Part shown: in pieces, positions 19,392-29,028 of the stretch
Numbering within the stretch: the stretch's first letter is position 1
Layout of the letters: each line of letters opens with the position of its first letter
Source of the DNA: Candidatus Nanohaloarchaea archaeon
Lineage (GTDB): Archaea; Nanohalarchaeota; Nanosalinia; Nanosalinales; Nanosalinaceae
NCBI GenBank assembly: GCA_041640035.1
Contig: JBEQBC010000001.1
Location: forward strand, 64,001-128,000
Direction of reading: 5' to 3'
DNA: 64,000 nucleotides
Made by a program: the position numbers and the translations under genes
The notes under the pieces: model-generated
What the model saw: only the letters and a program-made list of their open reading frames with translations
Told to the model about the DNA's origin: nothing
The model's database searches: none

Positions 19392-19727
19392 ATGGATTTG
19401 CCTGAATGGCTGGACAGCTTCGGACTAGACCTCAGCTTTGATATCCTGGGAGACGACATGGATGAGGACTTCCAGAAAGTTTACGATGCGTACGAGGAGT
19501 TCTACAGAGAAGCAAATACGCCGAACGGCCGTACAGGTAAACGCATGTCTGCTGGAAACGAATTCATGAACGCAGTTATGGAATACTATGAAGTCGACGG
19601 CGATGAAGCAACAGCAGGTATCGGAATGGGCCTGTTCCTCAACGCGGACGGTGGTTACAGTCCTAATCCTTTAGAAGAAAAAATGAGTGAAGAAGAGCTT
19701 TACCAGTATCTGGAAGGCCAGATCTAG
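19392..19727 (+). CDS. Hypothetical acidic protein
   Basis: Start moved to MDLPEW, downstream of a TTTTAA box. Confidence 0.55.
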   Translation: MDLPEWLDSFGLDLSFDILGDDMDEDFQKVYDAYEEFYREANTPNGRTGKRMSAGNEFMNAVMEYYEVDGDEATAGIGMGLFLNADGGYSPNPLEEKMSEEELYQYLEGQI

Positions 19728-19975
19728 CCGTAATGCTCTTCCAGGTAATCAACGATGTCATCACTTTCAGGCATCGTTGTATCGGTGTTAGGATCAACCA
19801 TTACTGGTACTCCTGTCTGTCCTGAAACTTCTTCGACCTTTGCTCTGTCTCCGTTTGGTTCTACCTGTCGTGCGATGAAATCTATCTGCAGTTCGTTAAG
19901 CTTCTCTCTTACCTTTTTACAGTAAGGACAAGCTTCGAACTGGTAGATCTCAATCAGTTCTTCTGGTTGTGTCAT
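19724..19975 (-). CDS. Glutaredoxin / GST N-terminal domain protein
   Basis: CPYC, GVPVMVDPN, ESDDIVDYL. Confidence 0.88.
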   Translation of the reverse strand: MTQPEELIEIYQFEACPYCKKVREKLNELQIDFIARQVEPNGDRAKVEEVSGQTGVPVMVDPNTDTTMPESDDIVDYLEEHYG

Positions 19976-20036
19976 AGAAATTGTATACCTCGTAAACAGA
20001 AATATGGACGGAGTACTTTTTAACCTGACAAGTTAC

Positions 20037-20468
20037 CTACAGATCATCAGCAACCTGTTCCAGAAGCTCCTTCTGATTATCATAAGTCAGTAAAGCAGAA
20101 GCATCATCATAATCAAAGAAGTACCCTCCAGCATGTTCCTCATGCGGGTTTCCGGAGGTATCAACATATGCGTCCTCGCTGACCTTCACTAGGAAGCACT
20201 TGTATTCTCTTTTGATCTCTTCGCCGTCCTTCTCGAAGGTCCATTCCAGAGTCTGTTCAAGGCTTTCCAGAGATTTGACACTGTCTTCCGTGATACCGGC
20301 TTCCTCCTCTAGTTCCAGCTTGACGGTCTTCTCATAGTCTTCCTCTTCCAAGTGACCTTTCGGTAGCTCCCAGCCCTCCCAGTTCTTGGTTCTCTGAAGA
20401 ACAAGGAAACGCTGGTTTCTATTCGATTCTTTGTAGGCTACTACTGCAACCCCTTTCTCAGTTTTCAC
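20037..20468 (-). CDS. NUDIX hydrolase (Ap4A hydrolase-like)
   Basis: WELPKGHLEE...LELEEEAG Nudix box. Confidence 0.85.
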   Translation of the reverse strand: MKTEKGVAVVAYKESNRNQRFLVLQRTKNWEGWELPKGHLEEEDYEKTVKLELEEEAGITEDSVKSLESLEQTLEWTFEKDGEEIKREYKCFLVKVSEDAYVDTSGNPHEEHAGGYFFDYDDASALLTYDNQKELLEQVADDL

Positions 20469-20565
20469 AATTCAGTGTTTACCCCCTGTCTTTCTTACAT
20501 TTTACACCGCTGTATGAAATGATTTTTATATCTACGCTTCTTTTTTATCATTGACTGGTGTCAAA

Positions 20566-21201
20566 ATGGTTCAAATGATGAGTAAATTGAGACAGTTTCT
20601 CAGTGACCTGTTCAAAGACTCAGAGCAGGACGACATAAGCATAGGTATCTACGGCCCTCCGAACGCCGGTAAATCAACTCTGGCAAACCAGATGTCCCAA
20701 GATCTGACAGGAGAGGAAATGAGCAATGTATCAGAGGTACCTCACGAGACAAGAGCTGTAGAGAAAAAAGAGAAAGCACTACTAGAAGCAAACGGCCGAG
20801 AAATCGAGATGAACCTGCTTGACATGCCAGGAATCTCCACAAATGTCGACTTCAAAGACTTCACAGAACACGGCCTAGAAGAAGACGACGCCAAAGGACG
20901 AGCCAAAGAAGCAACCAAAGGAATCGTCGAAGCAATCAAATACCTAGACGATGTAGACGCATGCCTAGTAATCTTCGACGCCACAGAAGACCCATACACA
21001 CAGGTAAATGTAACAATAATCGGAAACCTAGAAGCCAAAGACATACCAATCCTCGTACTCGCAAACAAAGTAGACCTGGAGGACGCGGACCCGGAAAGAG
21101 TACGAGATGCATTCCCTCAGCATCCAGTACTTGAAATCTCCGCTAAAGAGGGAGAAAACATAGACAAACTTTATGAGGAAATAGTCGAAAGGTTAACCTG
21201 A
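20566..21201 (+). CDS. oapA: Era-like small GTPase OapA/ArvA
   Basis: GPPNAGKSTLAN, PHETR, DMPG, EATKGIVEAIKYL, DPYTQVN, NKVD; first gene of a three-gene operon. Confidence 0.88.
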   Translation: MVQMMSKLRQFLSDLFKDSEQDDISIGIYGPPNAGKSTLANQMSQDLTGEEMSNVSEVPHETRAVEKKEKALLEANGREIEMNLLDMPGISTNVDFKDFTEHGLEEDDAKGRAKEATKGIVEAIKYLDDVDACLVIFDATEDPYTQVNVTIIGNLEAKDIPILVLANKVDLEDADPERVRDAFPQHPVLEISAKEGENIDKLYEEIVERLT

Positions 21202-21590
21202 TGACGGATGAAGGAGTTACCATCGAATTCTTGTCCAAAGAGAAGCTAAGCGAGAAGGATTTTGACGATAAACTAGACTTAGTGCTTGAAAAAGTCCGAG
21301 ACAACTCCGTACTCGTACTCGAGGAAGGATGGACTCCGGATGAAAAAAGAGAACTCATCAAGTCATCCATGGAAAATATCGACGACGACTTCCCTGGAAT
21401 CGAGTTCCTTGGACTTACATCGAACAACTCACGGCTTGAACGCGCCAGAAATATTTTCTACGAGAAATTCCTGAACGAAAAATACAGGAGAGGGCTCACC
21501 ATTGTAGGAAATGCTCGTGTAATGGAGAAAATCAAGGAAGAAAAAGATACTGTTTCATTCCTCGCACGGATGGACGAACAAAGTAACTAA
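21201..21590 (+). CDS. oapB: OapB/ArvB (DUF2073) protein
   Basis: VLEEGWTPDE...FPGIE...GLTIVGNA; overlaps the oapA stop. Confidence 0.82.
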   Translation: MTDEGVTIEFLSKEKLSEKDFDDKLDLVLEKVRDNSVLVLEEGWTPDEKRELIKSSMENIDDDFPGIEFLGLTSNNSRLERARNIFYEKFLNEKYRRGLTIVGNARVMEKIKEEKDTVSFLARMDEQSN

Positions 21591-21602
21591 GGGTGTAAGC
21601 AA

Positions 21603-21986
21603 ATGCCTCACAGATGCATGAACTGCGGAAAGACATACGAAGACGAGTCAGAAGAACTTCTCAATGGCTGTGAATGCGGATCCTCACTCTTCATGTACGA
21701 AAACGAGATAGAAAGAGATCAGGAAGAACTGAACGAGGAGAAAGAAGAGGTCGAGGAAGATATCCGTGAAATGGTCGAAGGTGGAGAAAAGGAACGAGGC
21801 AACATCAAGATCCAGTTCGACCTGGACTCGATAAAGGTAAGAGAGGAAGGAGTATACGATATCAATGTCTCCCGACTACTGGAAGAACTTCCGCTGGTAA
21901 TCGAGAAGAGCGAAGGCGTCTACAGGATACATCTACCTTCAGCATTCAAGAAGGAGAGTAGACAGGTCGACATCGGAGAACTTTAG
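21603..21986 (+). CDS. oapC: OapC/ArvC Zn-ribbon protein (DUF2072)
   Basis: MPHRCMNCG...LLNGCECGS..F...GVYDINV..L...EGVY.I.L. Confidence 0.85.
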   Translation: MPHRCMNCGKTYEDESEELLNGCECGSSLFMYENEIERDQEELNEEKEEVEEDIREMVEGGEKERGNIKIQFDLDSIKVREEGVYDINVSRLLEELPLVIEKSEGVYRIHLPSAFKKESRQVDIGEL

Positions 21987-22081
21987 TACAAGAACTCTAT
22001 TTTCTATCCCTTGGGAATGGGTAATGTTTAAAACTCGGCGAACCGCGTCTTTATAATGTAAAAAAGGTGTAAATAGCAATA

Positions 22082-22390
22082 ATGGCAGACGAATACGAAG
22101 GCAGAGAACGAGACATCTTCGGACTACCGAAGATTGACAGCGATGCGGAACTAGGTATCTCATTCACACTGATGATCCTAGGTTCTCTCGTACTATACTC
22201 AACATTCTACACAAACGGGCTAGGAACCAATCCAGCGGTAATCCTTGGACTGATGCTTGTAGCAACAGCATACCTGTTTGTACTAGAAAGTGTGAGAGAA
22301 CTTGAGCAGAAAGACCACTTCCTCTCCGAAAGACTGATGCAGAAAGAAGACACAGGCGAGTCCGACGACGAGGAAGACGAAGAAGAATAA
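22082..22390 (+). CDS. Two-TM membrane protein
   Basis: SD AGGTG; two hydrophobic helices; acidic tail. Confidence 0.65.
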   Translation: MADEYEGRERDIFGLPKIDSDAELGISFTLMILGSLVLYSTFYTNGLGTNPAVILGLMLVATAYLFVLESVRELEQKDHFLSERLMQKEDTGESDDEEDEEE

Positions 22391-22524
22391 CGGTTTCATT
22401 CCTCGCTCAACATTCATTTTTCTCCTATTTTTATTTCAGACACCAATTTTCACCGGCTTAAACACCTTCTCAACTCCGTTCACAGGTTAGAAATAAAACT
22501 CTTTATCATCAATGAGTAATTATT

Positions 22525-22800
22525 ATGTCAAGCAAGGAACTCGACCTTGAGTTCGAATTCTCAAACGAAGAACTAGCTAACTTCCTCGACAACTTCGCAG
22601 ATAAGATAAGAGACGGCGAGGTCGGTCTCAGCTTCAAAGGCAAACAAGAAATAGAGATCGAACCAACCAGAGACAGCAAGGTAAGCCTCGACTTCGAGGA
22701 AGAAGAATCACACAGAGAGCTAGATATCCGAGTCAAGCTTCGTGAAGAGATAGAAACATCAGACGAAGGTCGAAGAAAGATAGAAGTAGAGATAGTATAA
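22525..22800 (+). CDS. Amphi-Trp domain-like protein
   Basis: ELANFLDNFADKIRDGEV...IEIEP...LDFEEE...ELDIRVKL pattern; terminal Trp absent. Confidence 0.6.
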   Translation: MSSKELDLEFEFSNEELANFLDNFADKIRDGEVGLSFKGKQEIEIEPTRDSKVSLDFEEEESHRELDIRVKLREEIETSDEGRRKIEVEIV

Positions 22801-22872
22801 GAGCTAAAGAAAGAAGAAATCCAAGAAACTTGGTTTCTTCCCCACTACTCTGCTTAGAACATATTCTTTTCT

Positions 22873-23355
22873 TTAATTTCCGAAACTCTCGAGAATCTCA
22901 ATCATACGCTCATTCTGATCGATGATCTTATCCAGACGCTCCTCAATACCGGACAGATCGCCTGAAACACTCTGACCTTGAGAACCCTGCTGTTGATTCT
23001 GAGCGCCCTGAGGCTGCCTCTGACTTTGCTGACCTCCAGTGTTCTGGGTTCTCTGCTGGTTGTTTCTTCCGCCCTGATTCTGAGACTGCTGTTTTCTCTG
23101 CTGTTGAGTGTTCTGCTGTCTCTGTTGCTGCTGTTGTTTCTGTTTCGGTGCTCTTCTACTCAATCCGTCTTCCTCGAGAACTTCAATCGGAGTGTCATCT
23201 CCTTCCTCCTCTTCTTCGGAGGTTTCCTGTGCAGCCTGCTTCAAAGTATCGAAGTTTCCGCCTCCAGCACTACTGCTACTGTTACTGCTGTTATCGCTGT
23301 CGTTGCTGGAAGAGTTGTCTTTCACATTATCTTTTACATTATCATAATAGCTCAC
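22873..23355 (-). CDS. Low-complexity Gln/Ser-rich protein
   Basis: Poly-Q/S tracts, C-terminal ERLDKIIDQNERMIEILES; GTG start overlapping the upstream gene end. Confidence 0.6.
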   Translation of the reverse strand: MSYYDNVKDNVKDNSSSNDSDNSSNSSSSAGGGNFDTLKQAAQETSEEEEEGDDTPIEVLEEDGLSRRAPKQKQQQQQRQQNTQQQRKQQSQNQGGRNNQQRTQNTGGQQSQRQPQGAQNQQQGSQGQSVSGDLSGIEERLDKIIDQNERMIEILESFGN

Positions 23356-23680
23356 TTGGATCGCCTCTTGTACCTGAATTGTTATCCTCGGTTTGACTTC
23401 CACTACTGCTTCTATCGTTCTTTATATCCCGCAGAAGCGAAATAATCTCCTCATTCTGTTCCTTGATATCCTTGAGGCTTACACTGCTTGAAGAACCAGA
23501 CATTGTAGAAGTACCTGTACCGGTACTGGTACTGCTGCTGGAGCTGGTGCCGGATTCAGTTCCTAGACGAGCCTCAACCTCGTTATGAAGATCAGTGCTG
23601 TCCTCTTCAGAACTATTGCTATCTTCCGGCGCTCTCAGTGAAACCTCTTCATTCTCTTCATCAGAGCTGTCAAATAGCAT
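23342..23680 (-). CDS. Low-complexity Ser/Thr-rich protein
   Basis: Poly-S/T tracts with LKDIKEQNEEIISLLRDI helix. Confidence 0.6.
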   Translation of the reverse strand: MLFDSSDEENEEVSLRAPEDSNSSEEDSTDLHNEVEARLGTESGTSSSSSTSTGTGTSTMSGSSSSVSLKDIKEQNEEIISLLRDIKNDRSSSGSQTEDNNSGTRGDPSELL

Positions 23681-23770
23681 AATTATACATCAGGAATTCG
23701 CTGAAATAAAAAAGCTTCAGTCCCTCAACCATAGATACAGGCAAGAAAAAATACATTCAGTGAGTAAAAT

Positions 23771-24253
23771 ATGAAGTTCAAGATAACCGTAACCGAGAAC
23801 CGAGACCGACTGGAAGAAAACCTCGAGAAAAGAGCAGACGAGATAGAAGAGATCGGCGAAGAAAAAATCGAGGCGGAGATAGAGAAAGAAGAAACCGTAG
23901 CCAAAACACCGGGAATCCAGAAATACAAGGTTCAAGGAGAGGAAAAAGAAGGCCTGAAAGGACGACCAGTACAGGAACGAGCATACGCACAGCTCGAAGA
24001 CCGGAAGGACGCGGTCAAAGCACTTCTAGCCACCATCAACGGCTACAACCTGGTAATACTTAACCCGTCACGCGACTGGGACTTGCGCCAGCTCCGGAAA
24101 TACAACCCGGATATCATCGAACTCAAAGCAGACGAAAAGGTAGACGAACTCGGCGTAGAGAAATCACTTTTCCAGGATGAGGAAACCGAGAAAGTAGATG
24201 TTCCGATGGAGGAAGTGGATGTAGACAGGGTATACAGAGAGATGCTTACCTGA
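23771..24253 (+). CDS. Hypothetical protein
   Basis: 160-aa ORF with genome-typical codon use. Confidence 0.6.
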   Translation: MKFKITVTENRDRLEENLEKRADEIEEIGEEKIEAEIEKEETVAKTPGIQKYKVQGEEKEGLKGRPVQERAYAQLEDRKDAVKALLATINGYNLVILNPSRDWDLRQLRKYNPDIIELKADEKVDELGVEKSLFQDEETEKVDVPMEEVDVDRVYREMLT

Positions 24254-24348
24254 AGAGAAAAAAGGACTTAAAATACTATCTAACCCATATGCTTATTGTA
24301 CCAAAACAACAAAACGCGATTTTGTTGAATAGGTGTACATAACCAACC

Positions 24349-24654
24349 ATGGAAAAAGACATAGATTTTGACCGAGTAGAATACTCAACAAACAGAAAAC
24401 TAGAGAACGACGAAGGAGAAAAAACCGGTAAAGTACAGATGTTCTCCTACGACACAGAACTCTACTACTACGACATCAAATGTCCTTACTGTGGTAACCA
24501 ATGGGAAGACGAACAGGAACTAGGAAGCCGACCATGGTGGATCGAATGTCCAGAATGCACAAGAAGCGTCAATGTAAACCGCATCAAAGACGCAATGGAC
24601 AGAAAAGTCAAAGAAAGAGGACCAGACACACCTGACGACATGCCAGAAGCATAA
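24349..24654 (+). CDS. Zn-ribbon protein
   Basis: CPYCG...CPEC; SD AGGTG. Confidence 0.7.
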   Translation: MEKDIDFDRVEYSTNRKLENDEGEKTGKVQMFSYDTELYYYDIKCPYCGNQWEDEQELGSRPWWIECPECTRSVNVNRIKDAMDRKVKERGPDTPDDMPEA

Positions 24655-24707
24655 AGTCAGGTACAAAAAACTTACCAACCACATTTTCCCTATAACCTAA
24701 TATTCAT

Positions 24708-24782
24708 GCCTTGGTGGCTCAGCCTGGCTAGAGCGACCCCCTTGTAAGGGGTAGGTCGAGGGTTCAAATCCCTCCCAGGGCT
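24708..24782 (+). tRNA. tRNA-Thr(UGU)
   Basis: Acceptor GCCTTGG/CCAGGGC-T, anticodon arm ACCCC-CT-TGT-AA-GGGGT, GGTTCAAATCC. Confidence 0.95.
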
Positions 24783-24808
24783 TAGCTTGTTTTGTACAGG
24801 GGTCGGGA

Positions 24809-24821
24809 TTCTACACTACAT
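24809..24821 (+). repeat. 13-bp direct repeat copy 1 (TTCTACACTACAT)
   Basis: Identical to 26986-26998. Confidence 0.75.
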
Positions 24822-24987
24822 CTCAGAGCTTTTAGATTGTCTAAAAATCAACTTCAGATTTAATTCTTCTCTCTAAGTTCTTTTTTTGCCTTTTTGGATG
24901 CTCTTATCTCTCTTTAAATCTCAAATTTGTCTTTTGAGTGTTATATTAGAGGAAAAGATACATTAAATTCAGCTCTATTTAGCAAGC

Positions 24988-26943
24988 ATGGAGCTTCAAG
25001 AGGTTAGAGTGGAGAATTTTAAGTCTATAGAGGATTCAAACTGGGTAGAACTAGAAGATGTAACCTGCATGATTGGTAAGAATGAATCAGGTAAGACTGC
25101 TTTTTTAGAGGCTCTAAGGAAGTTTAACCCTGTCAATGGCGATTCTAATTACAATCACAAAAGAGAATATCCAAGAAAGAAACTGTCTGAATATTTGCCC
25201 AAACACTCTGATAATCCTGAAAGAGTTGTTTCTCTAAAGTTTGAGCTTGATGAATTAGAAAAGGACGAAATAGAAGAATTATTAGGCCCTGATGTTTTGC
25301 AAAGCGATCAAATCACTGTAAAAAAGAAATATGATAATTCAAAGGTGTGGTGGGTCGATTTAGATGAAGAAAAGGCCGTTGAAAATATTCTACAAGAATT
25401 TGATCTCAGTGAGCAAATTGGAGAAAAATTAGAAGATATAGAAGAGTTTAGCGAATTAAAAGAAAGTCTTAGTGAGTTAGATGATGCTCCAAATGATTTA
25501 GAACAGAGAGTTGGAGAATTTGGAGACAGTTTAAGTCATTATTTGGCTGATGAAGTATTACACCAAAAGTTGCCAAGTTTCTTCTATTTTAGCGAATATT
25601 CAATAATGGACGGTAAAGTAAACATTCAACAGTTAAAGCAGAGGAAGTCTCAGAATAATCTTTCTGAGTCGGACGAGACATTTATGGATTTGCTTTCGAG
25701 GGCAAATCTTAGTATAGAAGATTTAGAAACTTCTGATGATTATGAATTAGTAAAGGCTTCTTTAGAGGCCTCTTCAAACTCGATAACAGATGACATAGAG
25801 AAATATTGGTCACAGAGCGATCATCTTGAGGTTGAATTTGATAAGTCAGAGTCTTCTCCTGCTGACAACACAAATTCAAATAGCGGTTTTGCACTTGAAG
25901 TGAGAGTGAAGAATACCAAGCATAGGGTCAGCGTCCCATTTAATCAGAGATCAAGTGGATTTATCTGGTTCTTCTCTTTCCTCGCTAAGTTTTCTCAGAT
26001 CAAGAATAATGAGGATGGAGAGGTCATTCTTCTGCTGGATGAACCAGGGCTCAATTTACATGCTGAGGCTCAAAATGATTTCCTTAATTTCATCGATGAG
26101 GAATTAGCTCCTAAACACCAAGTCATTTATACAACACATTCTCCATTCATGGTAAACCCTCACAAGATACACAGAACTCGGATTGTAGAGGATAAGGACA
26201 AAAAAGATGATGAAGATGATTTAGAAGGGACTAAGGTCACATCTGAATTTCTAAAAACAGATAAAGAGTCTGTATTTCCGCTCCAAGGAGTTTTAGGGTA
26301 TGATCTGATTAATACACTTTTCTTAGGGCCTCAATGCCTATTGCTAGAAGGCAAATCAGACATGATATACATCCAGATTATCTCTGATATTCTAAATGAT
26401 CGAGAAAGAACTTCACTAAGCCATAAATGGACTTTAGTCCCTGTAGGTGGGGCAGATAATATACCTACCTTTGTCTCACTCTTTGCAGGAAATGAACTAG
26501 ATCTAGGGATTTTCATGGATGATGACGATAATACTGAGCAGAAATTAGAGCAGATTTCTGATAGAGATTTGATAGATATGGACTCTGTAAAAACAGTCAC
26601 CGACTATGTAAATCAGAAAGGAGGAGACATAGAGGACATGTTTACTCAGAAATTCTACCTGGACTTGCTCAACTCCACATATAGTGAAGAAATAGACAAT
26701 GAATTTGGTAGAGAACTAGAGGAGGACGATATTGGCTCAGAGAAACCTAGAATTATTCAGAAATTTGAGGATAAGTTCTCTGGTCATGATATTGGAAAAG
26801 AAATTGCAACTGGTAAATTCAATCATAAAGAGCCAGCAATCCATCTCCAAAAGAACTTAGAGGAATTCAGGAATGAAATCGATGATGAGACTTTAGATAG
26901 GTTTGAGGAATTGTTTGAGGAGCTTAACTCCCTCATTCAATAA
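24988..26943 (+). CDS. OLD-family ATP-dependent nuclease (ABC ATPase + TOPRIM)
   Basis: VENFKSI, GKNESGKT, RSSGF, LLLDEPGLNLH, TTHSPFM; TOPRIM LLEGKSD and MDDD. Confidence 0.85.
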   Translation: MELQEVRVENFKSIEDSNWVELEDVTCMIGKNESGKTAFLEALRKFNPVNGDSNYNHKREYPRKKLSEYLPKHSDNPERVVSLKFELDELEKDEIEELLGPDVLQSDQITVKKKYDNSKVWWVDLDEEKAVENILQEFDLSEQIGEKLEDIEEFSELKESLSELDDAPNDLEQRVGEFGDSLSHYLADEVLHQKLPSFFYFSEYSIMDGKVNIQQLKQRKSQNNLSESDETFMDLLSRANLSIEDLETSDDYELVKASLEASSNSITDDIEKYWSQSDHLEVEFDKSESSPADNTNSNSGFALEVRVKNTKHRVSVPFNQRSSGFIWFFSFLAKFSQIKNNEDGEVILLLDEPGLNLHAEAQNDFLNFIDEELAPKHQVIYTTHSPFMVNPHKIHRTRIVEDKDKKDDEDDLEGTKVTSEFLKTDKESVFPLQGVLGYDLINTLFLGPQCLLLEGKSDMIYIQIISDILNDRERTSLSHKWTLVPVGGADNIPTFVSLFAGNELDLGIFMDDDDNTEQKLEQISDRDLIDMDSVKTVTDYVNQKGGDIEDMFTQKFYLDLLNSTYSEEIDNEFGRELEEDDIGSEKPRIIQKFEDKFSGHDIGKEIATGKFNHKEPAIHLQKNLEEFRNEIDDETLDRFEELFEELNSLIQ

Positions 26944-26985
26944 TTATGGATTTCCTTTTGTGATATCTGGCATCTAGAGATTGAT

Positions 26986-26998
26986 TTCTACACTACAT
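26986..26998 (+). repeat. 13-bp direct repeat copy 2 (TTCTACACTACAT)
   Basis: Identical to 24809-24821; the pair brackets the OLD gene. Confidence 0.75.
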
Positions 26999-27004
26999 AT
27001 CTTT

Positions 27005-28033
27005 CTAATTTTCTTCTAAAGATTTTGGGAGTTCATTTTTCATAACCAGTGCTTGAAACTCCCATAGAGCTATTAAAAGTGCTAGAGCCTCTTTTGATTC
27101 TTCTATAATCTCTTCAAATGTCAAGGTGTCTATTATTTCTCCTTCATCTGTAAACTTTACTTTCTTCTCGAAGGGTTCGATTAGTCGATCTCCATGACTT
27201 ATTGAGTTTCTTTTATCAACATCTAGACCTTCTGATAATTCGCCCAGAATATCGTAACTTTCTAATTTTTCTAAGGCATTACCGAGCCTCATACTTCTAT
27301 ATTTGCTATATTCAGGTGATTTACCTTTGTAGAACTCATAAGAACAGATAAGTTGAGGTAAGAACTTTTCTACAATATCTATTGTCTGTTTATAGTGATT
27401 AAGCACTTCTTTCATATCTCTCCTTTTTTCAGGAAGATTTTTCTCCTCGAAATATTCTGTTTGTTCATCTAGAAGAACATCCAAAGTGTCTTCTCTTATG
27501 ATTTTTTCATCTGTTCCAGGAACATCTGTATGAATGTACCTATAAGCACCCTCGATCATGTTCTCTTCTTTTAGCTCGGAAATAAATTGCTCGATACAGT
27601 CACGATATTCTTCTATCAGGGTGTCTGAAAGAACATCTATACCTGTATTTACTCTATCATCAACTTCTTCTGTCATCCAGCTCAGGTCCAGTTCATCCTC
27701 TATTTCTCGATTAAAGCTAGATGAAAATACTTTATTTGCTTTAGTCAGTACTTCATTTCGTATAGCTTCCTTTTTCTCTTCTTTATTTTCTTTAACTCTA
27801 TCAATTTGTCTTAGTTTAGTTAGCTCTTGATAGACCTCCTCTTCAATACGATTTTTCTGAGATTCATCTATTTTTTGTACCTTTCTACCTGTGATATTGG
27901 ATGCTAGTTCTGGTGAATCTTCTGCTACTTTCTTAGAAGCCTCTCTAAGTTTTCCATCTGGCTCTTCTCCTAAATTCTCAGTATCTATAATTCCATCTAC
28001 TTTGTCAAGAGCCTTTTCAATAAAGATTTCCAC
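27005..28033 (-). CDS. Hypothetical helical protein with HEPN-like RxxxxH motif
   Basis: DVDKRNSISHGD near the C-terminus; AT-rich. Confidence 0.55.
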   Translation of the reverse strand: MEIFIEKALDKVDGIIDTENLGEEPDGKLREASKKVAEDSPELASNITGRKVQKIDESQKNRIEEEVYQELTKLRQIDRVKENKEEKKEAIRNEVLTKANKVFSSSFNREIEDELDLSWMTEEVDDRVNTGIDVLSDTLIEEYRDCIEQFISELKEENMIEGAYRYIHTDVPGTDEKIIREDTLDVLLDEQTEYFEEKNLPEKRRDMKEVLNHYKQTIDIVEKFLPQLICSYEFYKGKSPEYSKYRSMRLGNALEKLESYDILGELSEGLDVDKRNSISHGDRLIEPFEKKVKFTDEGEIIDTLTFEEIIEESKEALALLIALWEFQALVMKNELPKSLEEN

Positions 28034-28377
28034 AAAGGTACTTTAGTCACTAAAACTCATTAATTTTACTCGTTCAAAGATTTATGAACTCATTAAAGCG
28101 ATAATTCAGTGAAGTGTTGGCTAGATTCTAAATTAATCTAGTAGACGGCCAACTCCCAAGCTTCCTAAAAATCCAAGCGAGAGACTGGCTAAAAATAATG
28201 CTAATTTCATAACATATTTATCATCTTTTAGTTACTCTCCAAAGGGTAGAAACTCTAATTATTAAATCCCAGCTAGCTTAGGAGGAAGAAAAAGTGTAAA
28301 ACCACAAATTTCTTCCAGGTTTAATTTGTGAGTTCTCGCTTTCTAGTTCCGTAGATCCGAAAGAACTAAATCCATTT

Positions 28378-29028
28378 TTGCTTTCATTACCTCTTGTGGA
28401 AATAGCTACTCCAATTTCATCTCTTCCGTATGAATCAACATCCTTAGTTCTGCAATTTCTTTCAGTTCTTCTACTAGGTTATTTCGCTGGATCAAGATAT
28501 CTTCTAGCCAGAAGGAGACATGAAAGGCCTAAGCTGACGCTAAAGTCGTCTATTAAAGAAATGCTTACAAGTTATAATCCTGAAGACGGAGTAGAAGCTA
28601 GATTTGGAGGAGTGAACTTCGAAATTAAAAATGGTGAATGGCGGGGATACGCAGATAATCTTTCATTGAATTACATAACAATTGGGGTTTGGTATGACTG
28701 GAGTGACGAAAAGGAAAAATACATGAGGATGGAGAGATTTTATTTCGAGATTAACAGAGAGATCGATTCTAGGCTTTATCCTGGCGAGAAAACATCTGTT
28801 TGGATATCTAAAGAAGATTTGTTCTCTAACTCGAAATTCAAGGAAATTTTTGAGAATAGGAAGCACAAAATGTTTGAGGCCAGCTGTAATCTAGAGACTA
28901 GGCTAGGCAGATATAATCTGGGCGCAGTAGAAATTGAAGAGCCAGAAATGCCTACTGCTGAAGAGATGTTTCCTTCAGAGAAAGATGGCTTTTTCTCTCG
29001 TATAAAGACGAAATTTGACAGATATTAG
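28378..29028 (+). CDS. Hypothetical membrane-anchored protein
   Basis: N-terminal TM followed by RY...ERPK; resembles 9023..9502. Confidence 0.6.
   Translation: MLSLPLVEIATPISSLPYESTSLVLQFLSVLLLGYFAGSRYLLARRRHERPKLTLKSSIKEMLTSYNPEDGVEARFGGVNFEIKNGEWRGYADNLSLNYITIGVWYDWSDEKEKYMRMERFYFEINREIDSRLYPGEKTSVWISKEDLFSNSKFKEIFENRKHKMFEASCNLETRLGRYNLGAVEIEEPEMPTAEEMFPSEKDGFFSRIKTKFDRY

Noticed and set aside
22970-23300. CTG/TTG trinucleotide-like repeats
   Set aside because: Explained by poly-Gln/Ser coding on the minus strand
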